A stretch of DNA of 64,000 nt from a bacterium (lineage in GTDB: Bacteria; SAR324; NAC60-12), in NCBI GenBank assembly GCA_965205865.1, contig CBDBHR010000027.1, positions 128,001-192,000 of the forward strand. The letters run 5' to 3'. Each line of letters begins with the position of its first letter. The stretch's first letter is position 1. A model generated the notes under the pieces. It made no database searches and had not been told where the DNA came from. It saw only the letters and a program-made list of their open reading frames with translations. The position numbers and the translations under genes were made by a program. Shown in pieces: positions 19,201 through 28,647 of this stretch.

Positions 19201-20278
19201 AGGCGTCGCCCTTGTCGATCAGGTGGAACAATTCGATCAGGCGGTTGTAGTAGTTGCTTGCAACCTTGGAGAAGGCGTCTCCCTCCGCCGTCCTGCTCGC
19301 AACGTCGTCACGCACCCGCTTACGCAGTCCGTAGTCGTCGTAGCGCGAGTCGTTGACAGGCAACAAGCCCCTGTCCTCGGCGTAGAGAATGAAGAGCAGA
19401 CGGTACAAAAAAATCAGGGCCGCGTCGCGGATTTCTTGCAGGGCCGGTCCTCTGTTATTCTCTTCTCTGATCATTGGCCATTGACCAACGACCACTGCTT
19501 TTGCCAGGGCGTCGACCAAGTTCGGGAAGACGCGATCGAAAACGACGATTGAGAGATCCTGGGCGACTTGCTCCTCGTAGCGTCGGCCTTCGGTAAGCGC
19601 GGACTCGATGAAGGTCGCTGTTGCGCCAGGTCGGAGAATAAACGACTGCCGGCGGAAGAGCAGGTAGAACGCGCGGAGGTCATTCACGTTTTCGTGGTCG
19701 AGCATCGTGCGAAGATCGGCCTCGAAATAGCCACTGGCTCGTGGACGGGCGCGTTGGTCGTACAGACGCCAGTCGGAACCGTTGGTGAGAATGCCGAATC
19801 GGATGCGCCCCTCGGAAACGGTATCGGCGGTCTGCAGGTAGCGCAGGATCTGCGCGTGTGGTGAACTGCGCTGGGATTGGTCGCTGCCGTCGCGGGAGTC
19901 GAGAGGGAGGCCGAATCGCTTGCTTTCCTGCACGAGCAGCGCGTCGTGAAAGCGAGCCTCGGGGTCGGTACGGGAGGCGGCGCGGGTCTTGGAGTCGGCA
20001 TCCTCGAACAGCAGGTTATCGGGTATGTCTTCGCCGCCGGAGACGCTCTGCTGTGGGAGGTAGTCCTGCCAGCCGAGCAGATCGAGGATGGGTCGGATGA
20101 GTTCCAGCTCAGTGACGGCCTCGTTGGGTTCGGTGAAGGCTGTGAAGGATTCCAATCGCGTTGAGATTTCACTTCGGAAGGTCTCGAATCGCTCAGGGTT
20201 TTTGACCGACTCCTGCCACTCGACAGTGGTTTTGATTCCGTCAGTGAGGAAATAAAGGGTGAACAATTGTCCGGGCAT
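16202..20278 (-). CDS. Type IIG/IIL fused restriction endonuclease-adenine methyltransferase
   Basis: N-term PD...ESK (IPDNLLF..VQESKR), GILTNG, GSFYTP, motif I LDPAMGSGHFL, motif IV NPPW, C-terminal TRD; GAAGGA RBS before ATG 20278. Confidence 0.92.
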   Translation of the reverse strand: MPGQLFTLYFLTDGIKTTVEWQESVKNPERFETFRSEISTRLESFTAFTEPNEAVTELELIRPILDLLGWQDYLPQQSVSGGEDIPDNLLFEDADSKTRAASRTDPEARFHDALLVQESKRFGLPLDSRDGSDQSQRSSPHAQILRYLQTADTVSEGRIRFGILTNGSDWRLYDQRARPRASGYFEADLRTMLDHENVNDLRAFYLLFRRQSFILRPGATATFIESALTEGRRYEEQVAQDLSIVVFDRVFPNLVDALAKAVVVGQWPMIREENNRGPALQEIRDAALIFLYRLLFILYAEDRGLLPVNDSRYDDYGLRKRVRDDVASRTAEGDAFSKVASNYYNRLIELFHLIDKGDASIGLPPYNGGLFASETASLLEEVHLADAKIAPIIYDLSHTDTNKTRRFVNYRDMSVQQLGSIYERLLERDPSLDADGNVSIRPNSYARKDSGSFYTPQELVDLIVDRTLKPLTEERLKAFEDKAIALKSDHRPKNQRLVELKKLDPAEAVLNLKILDPAMGSGHFLVTAVDFLSDYIAELIEYVPAVPDWLSDGYVSPLVKRISVIRRDIIRRAREANWVLNEAQLTDQAIIRRMVLKRCIYGVDKNRMSVELAKVSLWLHSFTVGAPLSFLDHHLRCGDSLVGLRVSQATNDLRNIAELILSSAIAGAETATDGMRLIEELSDADIAEVQKSATLFEGVDKTTADLRGLLDFLCGFRWQTSDLKKKERDEVEEKQLIEPIAQYTDNAFALLSHGPDVTGVEVHEDGDTPLSRFAKLWREARFIADREEFLHWEVAFPGVWQYWQNKRPQGGFDAVIGNPPWDRIKLQEVEWFATRVPELAHAATAAARRNGIQQLRHQGDPLAEKFDAAKERADKLGQWFRASGNYPLLGGGDINLYSLFVERAMSLVKPDGIVGLLIPSGIYADKTAAQFFKSVSSAERVAGLFDFENKKIFFKDIHASFKFCALIFGGEQRRFDETSCAFFLRETAAINDPQRCFPLTPEDFARVNPNTGTAPVFRTRRDAEITLRIYENHPVLVDRSQGEERKAWPVRYHTMFHMTNDSHLFRTAAQLEAEGFYPVQGNRWKRGKELYLPLYEGKMVQAFDHRAASVVVNPDNLNRPAQPQEATNAQHVNPGWLPNPQFWVCENSCSWPEGAEWTIVIKHVTASTNMRTMIAALAPRAGFGNSVPIFISEIIPSKEWSGHLLVANLNAFAFDFVTRQKVQGQNLNLFLIEQLPVIARDSYERRFGDMTAHELVCDHVLRLTYTAHDMAPFARDLGHDGPPFIWNEEERRHLRARLDALYFHLYGLDREDAAYILDTFPIVRKQDKAVFGHYRTKTMILAYMNALAAGDTETVVKV

Positions 20279-20465
20279 GTCAGTTCCTTCGTAATCTACG
20301 GAACAATCCGCAAACAGATCCGTCAATCCGGAAGTAGAGCAAGGAACAAATATTTGCTCGATATAGCTTTGAGAGGTATAAAAGTGAGATCAATCACATC
20401 CATATGGCAAGTCTCGAGTTTCGATTGAAGACAAAAAAAAAAGATGTTTTTTCCAAAATTACGCA

Positions 20466-20634
20466 TAATTTTTGACAAATTTCGGCGTCTTTTATTTTCC
20501 AGTTGACAGTTCCTCTGTCATCCTGGCGAAGGCGGGGATCCATCTTCGTGACTACCACTGGATTCCTGCCTGCGCAGGAATGACTAAAAAGGCGGCAAAC
20601 TGTCAACTACTTTTTGCTATTTTTGAAGGGTCCC
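20466..20634 (-). mobile_element. Dispersed repeat / MITE-like family B, copy 1 (REP doublet 20517-20584)
   Basis: Reverse complement closely matches 47017-47184; one sharp end GGGACCCTTCAAAAATAG; other end fuzzy. Confidence 0.8.
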
Positions 20635-20900
20635 CAAATTTCTATTCAGATTGTATAAAAATCGGTTCGAGTCGGACACTATCAATTTTCTTCGAGTCTG
20701 AGTAAATTTTGCTGAAAAATAGCTTGTATATCCAATTTATTCATTCAATAATTTGCCAGCATGAATATTATTATAGATCGTGAATCGAATGGAGCAGCAA
20801 TTTGAGAACGAAAAATCGGGGACCCGGACATGTTCAGTGACCGCGAATTTTTTCATGTCTTTAAATTTCTCATGATACTACGCACTCTTTTTGACCGGCA

Positions 20901-21812
20901 ATGAAAGCAAAATCAATTGGAATTGAATCGATTTTAATCTTGGGACGGGGCAAACTCGTTGATTATCTGGCACTGACCAAATTCCGTTTGATGCTGTTGG
21001 TGCTCATTACCGTGGGAATCGGGTTTTATCTTGCCTCCGGAAGCGATACCTTTTTATTTCTCAATGTGCTCATAGGTGTGGCATGTGTGGGTTCAGGGGC
21101 TAATGTGCTCAACCAATGGTACGAGCGGGGATACGATGCTCAAATGAAACGGACCCGACATCGTCCTCTTCCCTCGGGACGGCTCAACCATAATGAAGCG
21201 TTGATATTTGGACTTATCATTTCTGTCGCAGGATTGCTTTATTTGACATTAACAGTCAATCTACTCACAACAGTGCTGGGGATTGCCAGTTGGGCATCCT
21301 ATCTATATATATACACGCCTCTCAAACGACGGACCGTCTTGAATACCTGGGTCGGCGCCATTCCCGGCGCTCTTCCTCCTTTGATGGGTTGGACAGCGGC
21401 GCGAGGGACTCTGGATTGGCAAGCACTCTCTCTTTTTGCAATCCTTTATTTGTGGCAACTACCCCATTTCTTTGCAGTTTCCTGGATGTACCGTGAAGAT
21501 TATAAAAACGGGGGCTTCCGTATGCTCTCGCTGGAAGATCCCAGCGGACGGAAAACCGGGCAACAGATGATATTCAATACGCTTCTCCTCTTCCTTGCCA
21601 GCCTCAGCTTGTTTTTCACGTCACAAACCGGAATACTGTATTTATTATGCGCGTTAGCATTGGGAATACTGTTTTTGGCAACAACACTACGTTTTTTCAA
21701 ACGAAGAACGAATGTCAATGCGCGAGTCGTTTTCTTTGCATCTATTATATACTTCCCGGTGCTTTGGCTGTCGATGGTGCTGGACAGGATGGCTGGATGG
21801 GGGAGTCTGTGA
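20901..21812 (+). CDS. cyoE: Protoheme IX farnesyltransferase (heme O synthase)
   Basis: DAQMKRTRHRPLPSGR, YTPLKR, GAIPGALPPLMGW, WQLPHF. Confidence 0.95.
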   Translation: MKAKSIGIESILILGRGKLVDYLALTKFRLMLLVLITVGIGFYLASGSDTFLFLNVLIGVACVGSGANVLNQWYERGYDAQMKRTRHRPLPSGRLNHNEALIFGLIISVAGLLYLTLTVNLLTTVLGIASWASYLYIYTPLKRRTVLNTWVGAIPGALPPLMGWTAARGTLDWQALSLFAILYLWQLPHFFAVSWMYREDYKNGGFRMLSLEDPSGRKTGQQMIFNTLLLFLASLSLFFTSQTGILYLLCALALGILFLATTLRFFKRRTNVNARVVFFASIIYFPVLWLSMVLDRMAGWGSL

Positions 21813-21844
21813 CAAAAAGTCAAGGTTTGAAATTCTGGAGGAAA

Positions 21845-21943
21845 ATGGACAACGAATCTGATATTTTAGCAAAAAAAGTTTTCAAAATCACGTTAGCTAC
21901 AGCAATCCTCTTCATGATTTCCGTGATTTTTTTTATCCTGTAA
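21845..21943 (+). CDS. Putative 32-aa single-pass membrane protein
   Basis: MDNESDILAKKVFKITLATAILFMISVIFFIL; GGAGG just upstream; inside the oxidase operon. Confidence 0.55.
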   Translation: MDNESDILAKKVFKITLATAILFMISVIFFIL

Positions 21944-22009
21944 AGCCAACCAATGCATTCTGAATTCCTGAAAGACGACAGGATCGATTGATACAATGAC
22001 AACGGAGTA

Positions 22010-22759
22010 ATGGGGATGATAGAGTTTTTTATACCAAATGGTTCAACATTTGGGAGTGATATTGATTTTCTGTTTGAATTGATCACCTACATTGTTGGGT
22101 TTTGGTTTATTCTGGTACAGGCTATTATTTTTTATTTTGTCATCCGCTTCCGCAGAAAACCGGGAGTAAAAGCCCAATACATTTCGGGAGAAGAGCATAA
22201 TCAAACGCGATGGCTCCACTGGCCACATTATTTGGTGATAATTTGTGATGTGGTTATCATAGTTATCACCGTCAGAATTTGGATGGACGTGAAAATGGAC
22301 TTGCCCCCCCCGGAAGACAAGATCCGTGTGGTTGCTCAGCAATGGACCTGGATCTTCGTGCATTCCGGACCTGACGGCAAACTGGATACGGCAGACGATG
22401 TTGCCACCATCAATGACCTGCACTTGAAAGTCAATACCCTTTATCACTATGAACTACAGTCGAGAGACGTCCTTCATGATTTTTCCATTCCCATTCTGCG
22501 TTTGAAACAGGATGCCATTCCCGGCAGAACCATTAACGGATGGTTTGAACCTATCCTGACCGGGCAATTCGACGTGCAATGCGCGGAAATGTGTGGCATT
22601 GGCCACGGTTTGATGGCAGCCCGAGTGACAATCGAGTCGGAAGAATCTTACAATGCCTGGCTGGCCCGCCACGCGGTTCCTCAAATAGAAGAAACGGTGG
22701 CGGCGGTAGATTCTGAAGAAAGTCTTTTTACCCGGAAACTAAGCCGTAGTTTCGAATAA
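22010..22759 (+). CDS. coxB: Cytochrome c oxidase subunit II
   Basis: CuA ligands DVLH and CAEMCGIGHGLM; two N-terminal TM helices. Confidence 0.93.
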   Translation: MGMIEFFIPNGSTFGSDIDFLFELITYIVGFWFILVQAIIFYFVIRFRRKPGVKAQYISGEEHNQTRWLHWPHYLVIICDVVIIVITVRIWMDVKMDLPPPEDKIRVVAQQWTWIFVHSGPDGKLDTADDVATINDLHLKVNTLYHYELQSRDVLHDFSIPILRLKQDAIPGRTINGWFEPILTGQFDVQCAEMCGIGHGLMAARVTIESEESYNAWLARHAVPQIEETVAAVDSEESLFTRKLSRSFE

Positions 22760-22833
22760 ATAGCAACAGTCTCTGAATGTAAAAATAACGGGTCATTCCT
22801 GACCCTCAATTGAAACCCAGAAGGAGAGAAACG

Positions 22834-24546
22834 ATGAGTGACACCGGAATCGATGCAAGTCATGTGGCAGAACACGCTGCCCATGAGGAGATGGATTTTT
22901 GGAGTAAATATGTTTTTTCCACAGATCATAAAATCATTGGTTTTCAGTACATGTTTACCGGGATGTTCATGGCCATAATCGGTGGTTTTTTTGCTTACGC
23001 CTTTCGTATGCAACTGGCCTTTCCCGGCGAATCCATTCCATTTTTTGGAAGTATGAATTCGGGAGAGTACAACATGCTGATCACCAATCATGGCACGATC
23101 ATGATTTTTTGGGTGGCCATGCCGGTCCTCATTGCAACATTGGGGAATTTTCTGATTCCGCTGATGATTGGTTGTGACGATATGGTGTTTCCTCGTTTGA
23201 ACAGGCTTTCTTACCAAATTTTTCTACTCAGCACCATCGTGCTCATCATTTCCTTTTTTGTTCCAGGTGGAGGATTCGGAGGAGCTTGGACCGCCTATCC
23301 ACCTCTTTCTGCCAGTGGCAATTACAATCATACTGATTGGGGAGCCTCTTTGTGGCTCTTGGCAGTTGCTCTGGAATTTGCGGCATTTCTTCTGGGAGGG
23401 ATTAATTTTTTGACCACTACCATGAATTCCCGAGCGGCCGGCATGAAAATGATGGACATGCCGATGGTCATCTGGATGATTGACATTGCCGTTATTTTAT
23501 TTATGGCTTCGGTGGGTCCCTTGATTGCGGGCGCAGTGATGCTTTTCATGGACCAACGCATTGGGACCAGCTTTTTCCTACCCGCCGGAGGAGGTGATCC
23601 CGTTTTATGGCAACATCTTTTCTGGTTTTTTGGACATCCCGAAGTTTACGTTGTGCTGTTACCGGCATTGGGAGTAGTGGCTGAAGTACTCACTACGTTT
23701 TCCAGGAAAAAACTATTCGGTTACAGGACGATTCTCTATACGACTTTCGCCACAGGAGTGTTGTCCTTCACCGTCTGGGCGCACCACCAGTTTATCGCGG
23801 GGATTGATCCGAGGATGGGTAATATTTTTGCAGTGACAACCTTGCTGATTTCGATTCCGATCGCGGAAATCATGTTTTGCTACATCGCCACGCTCTATGG
23901 GGGATCTATTGAACTCAACACACCCATGCTTTGGGCCATATCATTTGTTGTGGAATTTTTATTGGGAGGCGTGACTGGAATTTATTTGGGAGCAAGCGCC
24001 TTGGATGTGTATCTCCATGATACCTACTTTGTGTTGGCCCACTTCCATTACACCTTCTTTCCCATTGCCATCATTGGCGTCTATGCCGCAGTCACTTACT
24101 GGTTTCCAAAGATGTTTGGTCGAATGATGAACGATACTCTGGGCAAGATCCATTTTTGGGGTACCATCATTCCCTTCAACTGCATCTTTATTCCCCTCTT
24201 TTTCCTGGGGATGGCCGGTCAGCACCGCCGTATCTACAATTTCAACAATTTTCCGGATTTAGCCACAGAAGGTATGCAGGATACACGGATTTTCGCCACT
24301 GTCAGTTTGGTCATCATGCTACTCTTCCAATTCGTGTTTATTTATAATTTCGTCTACAGCCTCTATAAAGGAAAGAAGGCACCGAAAAATCCCTGGAAAG
24401 CCAATAGTTTGGAATGGGTTGCAGACTCTCCCGCTCCTCATGGCAATTTTGTGGAACTCGACAAAATCCAGGTTTTTCGCGGCCCATATGAATACAGCGT
24501 GGAAGGACGTGAGGAGGACTATTGGCCTCAAAACGTTCCCACTTGA
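22834..24546 (+). CDS. coxA: Cytochrome c oxidase subunit I (A1-type GHPEVY)
   Basis: DHKIIG, HGTIMIF, WFFGHPEVY, WAHH, AHFHY; AAGGAG RBS. Confidence 0.96.
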   Translation: MSDTGIDASHVAEHAAHEEMDFWSKYVFSTDHKIIGFQYMFTGMFMAIIGGFFAYAFRMQLAFPGESIPFFGSMNSGEYNMLITNHGTIMIFWVAMPVLIATLGNFLIPLMIGCDDMVFPRLNRLSYQIFLLSTIVLIISFFVPGGGFGGAWTAYPPLSASGNYNHTDWGASLWLLAVALEFAAFLLGGINFLTTTMNSRAAGMKMMDMPMVIWMIDIAVILFMASVGPLIAGAVMLFMDQRIGTSFFLPAGGGDPVLWQHLFWFFGHPEVYVVLLPALGVVAEVLTTFSRKKLFGYRTILYTTFATGVLSFTVWAHHQFIAGIDPRMGNIFAVTTLLISIPIAEIMFCYIATLYGGSIELNTPMLWAISFVVEFLLGGVTGIYLGASALDVYLHDTYFVLAHFHYTFFPIAIIGVYAAVTYWFPKMFGRMMNDTLGKIHFWGTIIPFNCIFIPLFFLGMAGQHRRIYNFNNFPDLATEGMQDTRIFATVSLVIMLLFQFVFIYNFVYSLYKGKKAPKNPWKANSLEWVADSPAPHGNFVELDKIQVFRGPYEYSVEGREEDYWPQNVPT

Positions 24547-24584
24547 TTAATTTTTAATGTGAATTGTTTACAGGAGAGTTTTTT

Positions 24585-25163
24585 ATGGCGTTTCACGCAC
24601 CCGTAGCCACAACAAGAAGTGTAACAGGAATTCCAACCGGTAGATTGGCTGTCTGGTGGGTATTGGCTTCCGAAGTTTTCATCTTCGGGGGATTGATTGC
24701 GTGTTATTTACTTTTTCGCTTGAAACATGATGCCTGGGGAGACTATGCGGCCAACACCAGCACCCCGGCCGGGGCACTCAATACGTTTGTATTGCTCACT
24801 TCCAGTCTTTTTATCGTTATAGCTCACTCCGCCGTGGAGCGTAAAGAAATCGATCGCGCATTCAAATTCATTTGGCTGACAATTGCATGCGGTGGAATTT
24901 TTATGCTCGTCAAAACCTATGAGTATACGACTGAAATATTACACGGTTTCGTCCTCACTTCCAACCCTTTCTGGGGATTCTACTACACCGCTACCGGACT
25001 CCACGCCTGCCATGTGATTGCAGGTATGGTCATTATGGGCATCATCTCCATGGACGTGAAAAAGTCTATGCATCTGAATCGAGTGGAGTTGATCGGCATC
25101 TATTGGCACTTTGTGGACATTGTCTGGATTTTTCTCTTTCCACTTCTTTATATTGCAAAATAG
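24585..25163 (+). CDS. Cytochrome c oxidase subunit III-like
   Basis: LASEVFIFGGL, TGLHACHV, YWHFVDIVWIFLFPLLY. Confidence 0.92.
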   Translation: MAFHAPVATTRSVTGIPTGRLAVWWVLASEVFIFGGLIACYLLFRLKHDAWGDYAANTSTPAGALNTFVLLTSSLFIVIAHSAVERKEIDRAFKFIWLTIACGGIFMLVKTYEYTTEILHGFVLTSNPFWGFYYTATGLHACHVIAGMVIMGIISMDVKKSMHLNRVELIGIYWHFVDIVWIFLFPLLYIAK

Positions 25164-25179
25164 TTTCCAGGAGCAAAGC

Positions 25180-25557
25180 ATGGCTCACGACGCAGCCCAC
25201 GATAATCACGACAAACGATATGTAAAAATTTGGGGAATCCTGTTGGTTTTGCTGGCAATCAGTATTGCGGGTCCTACCCTGGGTATTCAGGCAGTAACGC
25301 TGGTCACGGCATTTGGTATTGCGGTGGTGAAAGCATTGATGGTGGCTGCTTATTTCATGCATTTGAACGTGGAAAAACGTTTCATTTGGTATCTGCTGAT
25401 TATTTCTCTGGCATTTATTGGAATTTTTTATTTCGGAGTGGCGCCAGACATCATGAAAGGAGATGGAACCCTATGGAAAGATTGTATTATTGACCAAAGC
25501 TGCACTATGACCGGGGATGCTGCCAAAGATTCTACAAACTATGGAATAATTAGATAA
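25180..25557 (+). CDS. Cytochrome c oxidase subunit IV family protein
   Basis: IAVVKALMVAAYFMHL motif, three TM helices. Confidence 0.88.
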   Translation: MAHDAAHDNHDKRYVKIWGILLVLLAISIAGPTLGIQAVTLVTAFGIAVVKALMVAAYFMHLNVEKRFIWYLLIISLAFIGIFYFGVAPDIMKGDGTLWKDCIIDQSCTMTGDAAKDSTNYGIIR

Positions 25558-25562
25558 AGCCA

Positions 25563-26171
25563 ATGCTTGTTACTGCCAATTTCGATCCGGCTCAACGCCA
25601 TAATCGAAGAAAAGCTCCCATCGCCAACGGGGTCTTGGGGATGCTCATCTTTGTAATAACAGAAGTCATGTTTTTTGCAGCGTTGATCAGCGCTTATCTG
25701 GTGCTCCGCGCAGGCACCCCGGAATGGCCTCCTTGGGGTCAGCCTCGTCTTCCGGTTGCCGCGACGGCTTTCAATTCCGTCGTCTTGCTACTCAGCGGAT
25801 GGGTTCTCTTTCAGGCTTACAAAGCATTCGTGCAACCGAATTCCTACCTGCGCAAAGTGAGAAAGCTGCTCGGTGTCTCTATTTTGCTGGGTACTTTTTT
25901 TGTTTTGTTCCAGGGTTATGAATGGTTACAATTGATCTCATTCGGCCTTACCATCACTTCCAGTACATATGGTAGCTTGTTTTATCTCGTCATCGGTACC
26001 CATGCGCTACATGCGATCATCGCTCTTTTGATTCTTTTCCGCGCCTATTCCAAACTAGCTCCCTTACGGACTCCGCCTCTCACCAGGACAGAATTTGTGG
26101 TTCCTCAGATTTTTTGGTATTTTGTCGTGGGTGTTTGGCCGGTTTTGTACGTCACCGTTTATTTGGTATGA
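25563..26171 (+). CDS. Second cytochrome c oxidase subunit III-like protein
   Basis: ITEVMFFAAL, QGYEW, GTHALHA, FWYFVVGVWP. Confidence 0.9.
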   Translation: MLVTANFDPAQRHNRRKAPIANGVLGMLIFVITEVMFFAALISAYLVLRAGTPEWPPWGQPRLPVAATAFNSVVLLLSGWVLFQAYKAFVQPNSYLRKVRKLLGVSILLGTFFVLFQGYEWLQLISFGLTITSSTYGSLFYLVIGTHALHAIIALLILFRAYSKLAPLRTPPLTRTEFVVPQIFWYFVVGVWPVLYVTVYLV

Positions 26172-26482
26172 AAAGAATACTATTGATTACTCTTGTCAAG
26201 AATTCGTTCATTAGAAGCAGACCATTCCGGGTTTTCCTGACATTCCTGTTCATTAATTTTCCATTCCCACTTTATGCTTGTCCGGTGTGTTTTGTCGGAA
26301 AAGAAGGAACAACTGCGGTTTATCTGGGAACTGCAATTGGGTTGAGCTTGCTTCCCTTGGGAATGGTAGCCGCCTTCTCTCTTTGGATCTACCGACGATA
26401 TCGGAATAATGACTGTCAGGAAGACCACCTTCCGGGACATAAATTTGTCTCTTCCGGACGGCAACCAACTCCTATGGATTAA
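26168..26482 (+). CDS. Small membrane protein with CPVC motif
   Basis: ATGA overlap with previous gene; YACPVCF followed by a TM helix and basic tail. Confidence 0.6.
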   Translation: MKRILLITLVKNSFIRSRPFRVFLTFLFINFPFPLYACPVCFVGKEGTTAVYLGTAIGLSLLPLGMVAAFSLWIYRRYRNNDCQEDHLPGHKFVSSGRQPTPMD

Positions 26483-26555
26483 ACTCTTTTCCTCTTCTGC
26501 AAAGGCATTTCTCAGCCGGACTCATCCCCAACCTACTTTCACTCCAATTGTTTTC

Positions 26556-27476
26556 ATGTTCAAACAGATCGCATTGATTTCGACTCTTTTGACATGGCCC
26601 CTGATTTCCTTTGGTACTCTAGTCCGTCTTGAAGGAGCAGGTCTTGCTTGCCCGGACTGGCCTTTATGCTACGGAAAAATCATTCCACCTTATGAATTCA
26701 AAATAATGCTGGAAGTGGGACACCGTTTGTTGGCGAGTTGTCTGGGTCTTTTCATTCTGACTCTACTGCTTATGTCCTTCCGACCCCAATATAAAAAATA
26801 CCGCAGGCTTTCCTTCCTTTGCTTCATGCTGGTATGCATACAGGGAATTCTGGGAGGTTTGACCGTAATTATGCATCTCTCGCCAACCACCGTAGTTCTT
26901 CACCTGTTAGGAGGAAATTTTCTGTTTGGTTTGCTCATTTATCTTACCTATACTCTCTACAGTGCCAATCGAGCACCTCAAACCAACGCCAGTCTTTCGC
27001 CATTGTCGCATTTCAGCAAAATGCAAGGAGGCATGCTATTGCTTTTCTCGGTTATCCTGATTTCCGGCGGAATCAACAGCAGCACTTATTCAAGTTATGC
27101 TTGCTCTGCGTTTCCCGGATGTCATGCAGGCAGCATGTTCTCATTCCATGTCGGTGAAGAAACACAATCAATAGGGACATTCCTTCCTCAATTTCTCAAC
27201 GAATGGATTCATATGTCGCATCGCCTGATTGCCATACTGGGATCCTCAGGACTGGCTTTTTTAGGCTGGTATGTGCTTTTCCGCCATCACAATCGAACTT
27301 ATCGTACGATTGCCCATGCAATTTGGATCTTACTGGCAACCGAAATATTGGTTGGCATTGCCAACGCGGTTTACTACATACCAGTCCCCGTCTCCCTCTT
27401 TCATACTACCCTTGCAGCGACTATTTTTGGATTGTTGAGTTTTTCTTTTGCCAAATCGGTCCATGAGCCTCACTGA
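26556..27476 (+). CDS. ctaA: Heme A synthase (CtaA/COX15)
   Basis: GLACPDWPLC, EVGHR, QGILGGLTV, HMSHR; start codon uncertain. Confidence 0.9.
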   Translation: MFKQIALISTLLTWPLISFGTLVRLEGAGLACPDWPLCYGKIIPPYEFKIMLEVGHRLLASCLGLFILTLLLMSFRPQYKKYRRLSFLCFMLVCIQGILGGLTVIMHLSPTTVVLHLLGGNFLFGLLIYLTYTLYSANRAPQTNASLSPLSHFSKMQGGMLLLFSVILISGGINSSTYSSYACSAFPGCHAGSMFSFHVGEETQSIGTFLPQFLNEWIHMSHRLIAILGSSGLAFLGWYVLFRHHNRTYRTIAHAIWILLATEILVGIANAVYYIPVPVSLFHTTLAATIFGLLSFSFAKSVHEPH

Positions 27477-27879
27477 CCTACCCACCTTCAATGCCTGCTT
27501 CAATGGAATCACGATCGCTCTGCTTCTGCTGGGGTTTTGGGCCATCAAATCCGGTAAGGAATCCTGCCATAAGTTTCTCATGTGCGCGGCTTTTGGAGTC
27601 TCGACTTTATTTTTGGCCAGTTATCTGATTTATCATTTCCACATTGGTTCCGTACCATTTCAGGGAACCGGCTTGGTACGCATTTTTTATTTTATGGTGC
27701 TGGTTCCCCACATCCTGCTGGCTGCCATCCAACTTCCCTTGATTCTCCTTGCAATTTATAAAGCATTGAAAAATCATCGCCAAGCCCATCGTGCTCTGGT
27801 GAAGTGGACCTATCCAATCTGGCTCTATGTTTCCGTTTCCGGCATTGTTGTGTACCTTATGCTTTATCACTTTTCCTGA
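27463..27879 (+). CDS. DUF420 family membrane protein
   Basis: LPTFNACFN, FLASYLIYH, HILLAA, PIWLYVSVSGIVVYLMLY. Confidence 0.88.
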   Translation: MSLTDLPTFNACFNGITIALLLLGFWAIKSGKESCHKFLMCAAFGVSTLFLASYLIYHFHIGSVPFQGTGLVRIFYFMVLVPHILLAAIQLPLILLAIYKALKNHRQAHRALVKWTYPIWLYVSVSGIVVYLMLYHFS

Positions 27880-28094
27880 AACTCTATTCCGTGTTTCATT
27901 CTTTCCTCTATTTCGACTCTGCGCAACGGGGTTATAACTTCCCTGAGTTCCCTGCATTTCAGGATTTGATTCTTGCAAAACCATTCCAGGAAATCGAACA
28001 AATTCAGACTTCTCCGTTTGACAAACTTCAGCTAGTTTAATAGGCTTATTCAGATTGGAACAAATCTTAAAATCATTTTTAATTCGAGAAAAAA

Positions 28095-28562
28095 ATGACT
28101 ATGATGACCGGCGCGGATGCCATCTATTACGCACTGCGATCGCTGAATGTCGAGCACGTGTTCGGGATTATCAGTATACACAATATTCCTATCTATGATG
28201 CGTTCAAACGTCATGGAGGCATCCGGGCGATTGATGCGCGCCATGAGCAAGCGGCTGTCCATATGGCCGACGCTTATGCGCGAACGACCGGAAAGCTGGG
28301 AGTCGCCATTGCCAGCACCGGACCTGGCGCCGCAAATACGATTCCGGGTCTTTTCGAAGCAGGGTTTGCTTCCTCTCCCGTACTGTTGATTACAGGTCAA
28401 ATCGACACTCTATTTTATGGAAAGAGCAAAGGGTTTCTGCACGAAGAACTGAGCAGTTCCAAAAAATTCAAATCCTCATTGGCCCGTGCCATAAAAGAAA
28501 AGGGTCCTGTCTTACTCAATATTGATATGAAAGAGTTCGTTCCCATTCGTTTCTTCGATTGA
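28095..28562 (+). pseudogene. TPP-dependent (acetolactate synthase-like) enzyme with large in-frame internal deletion
   Basis: N-domain RHEQAAVHMADAYAR, STGPGAAN joined after GFLHE to terminal GPVLLNID; 155 aa, middle and TPP-binding domains absent. Confidence 0.8.
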
Positions 28563-28647
28563 GATCGCAAATCGAAATTTGCTCCCACAAATCCTGCAAC
28601 ACCCCTGACTAAACCCTTAAGACTCCACTCACTTTCGGGAAAAAATT

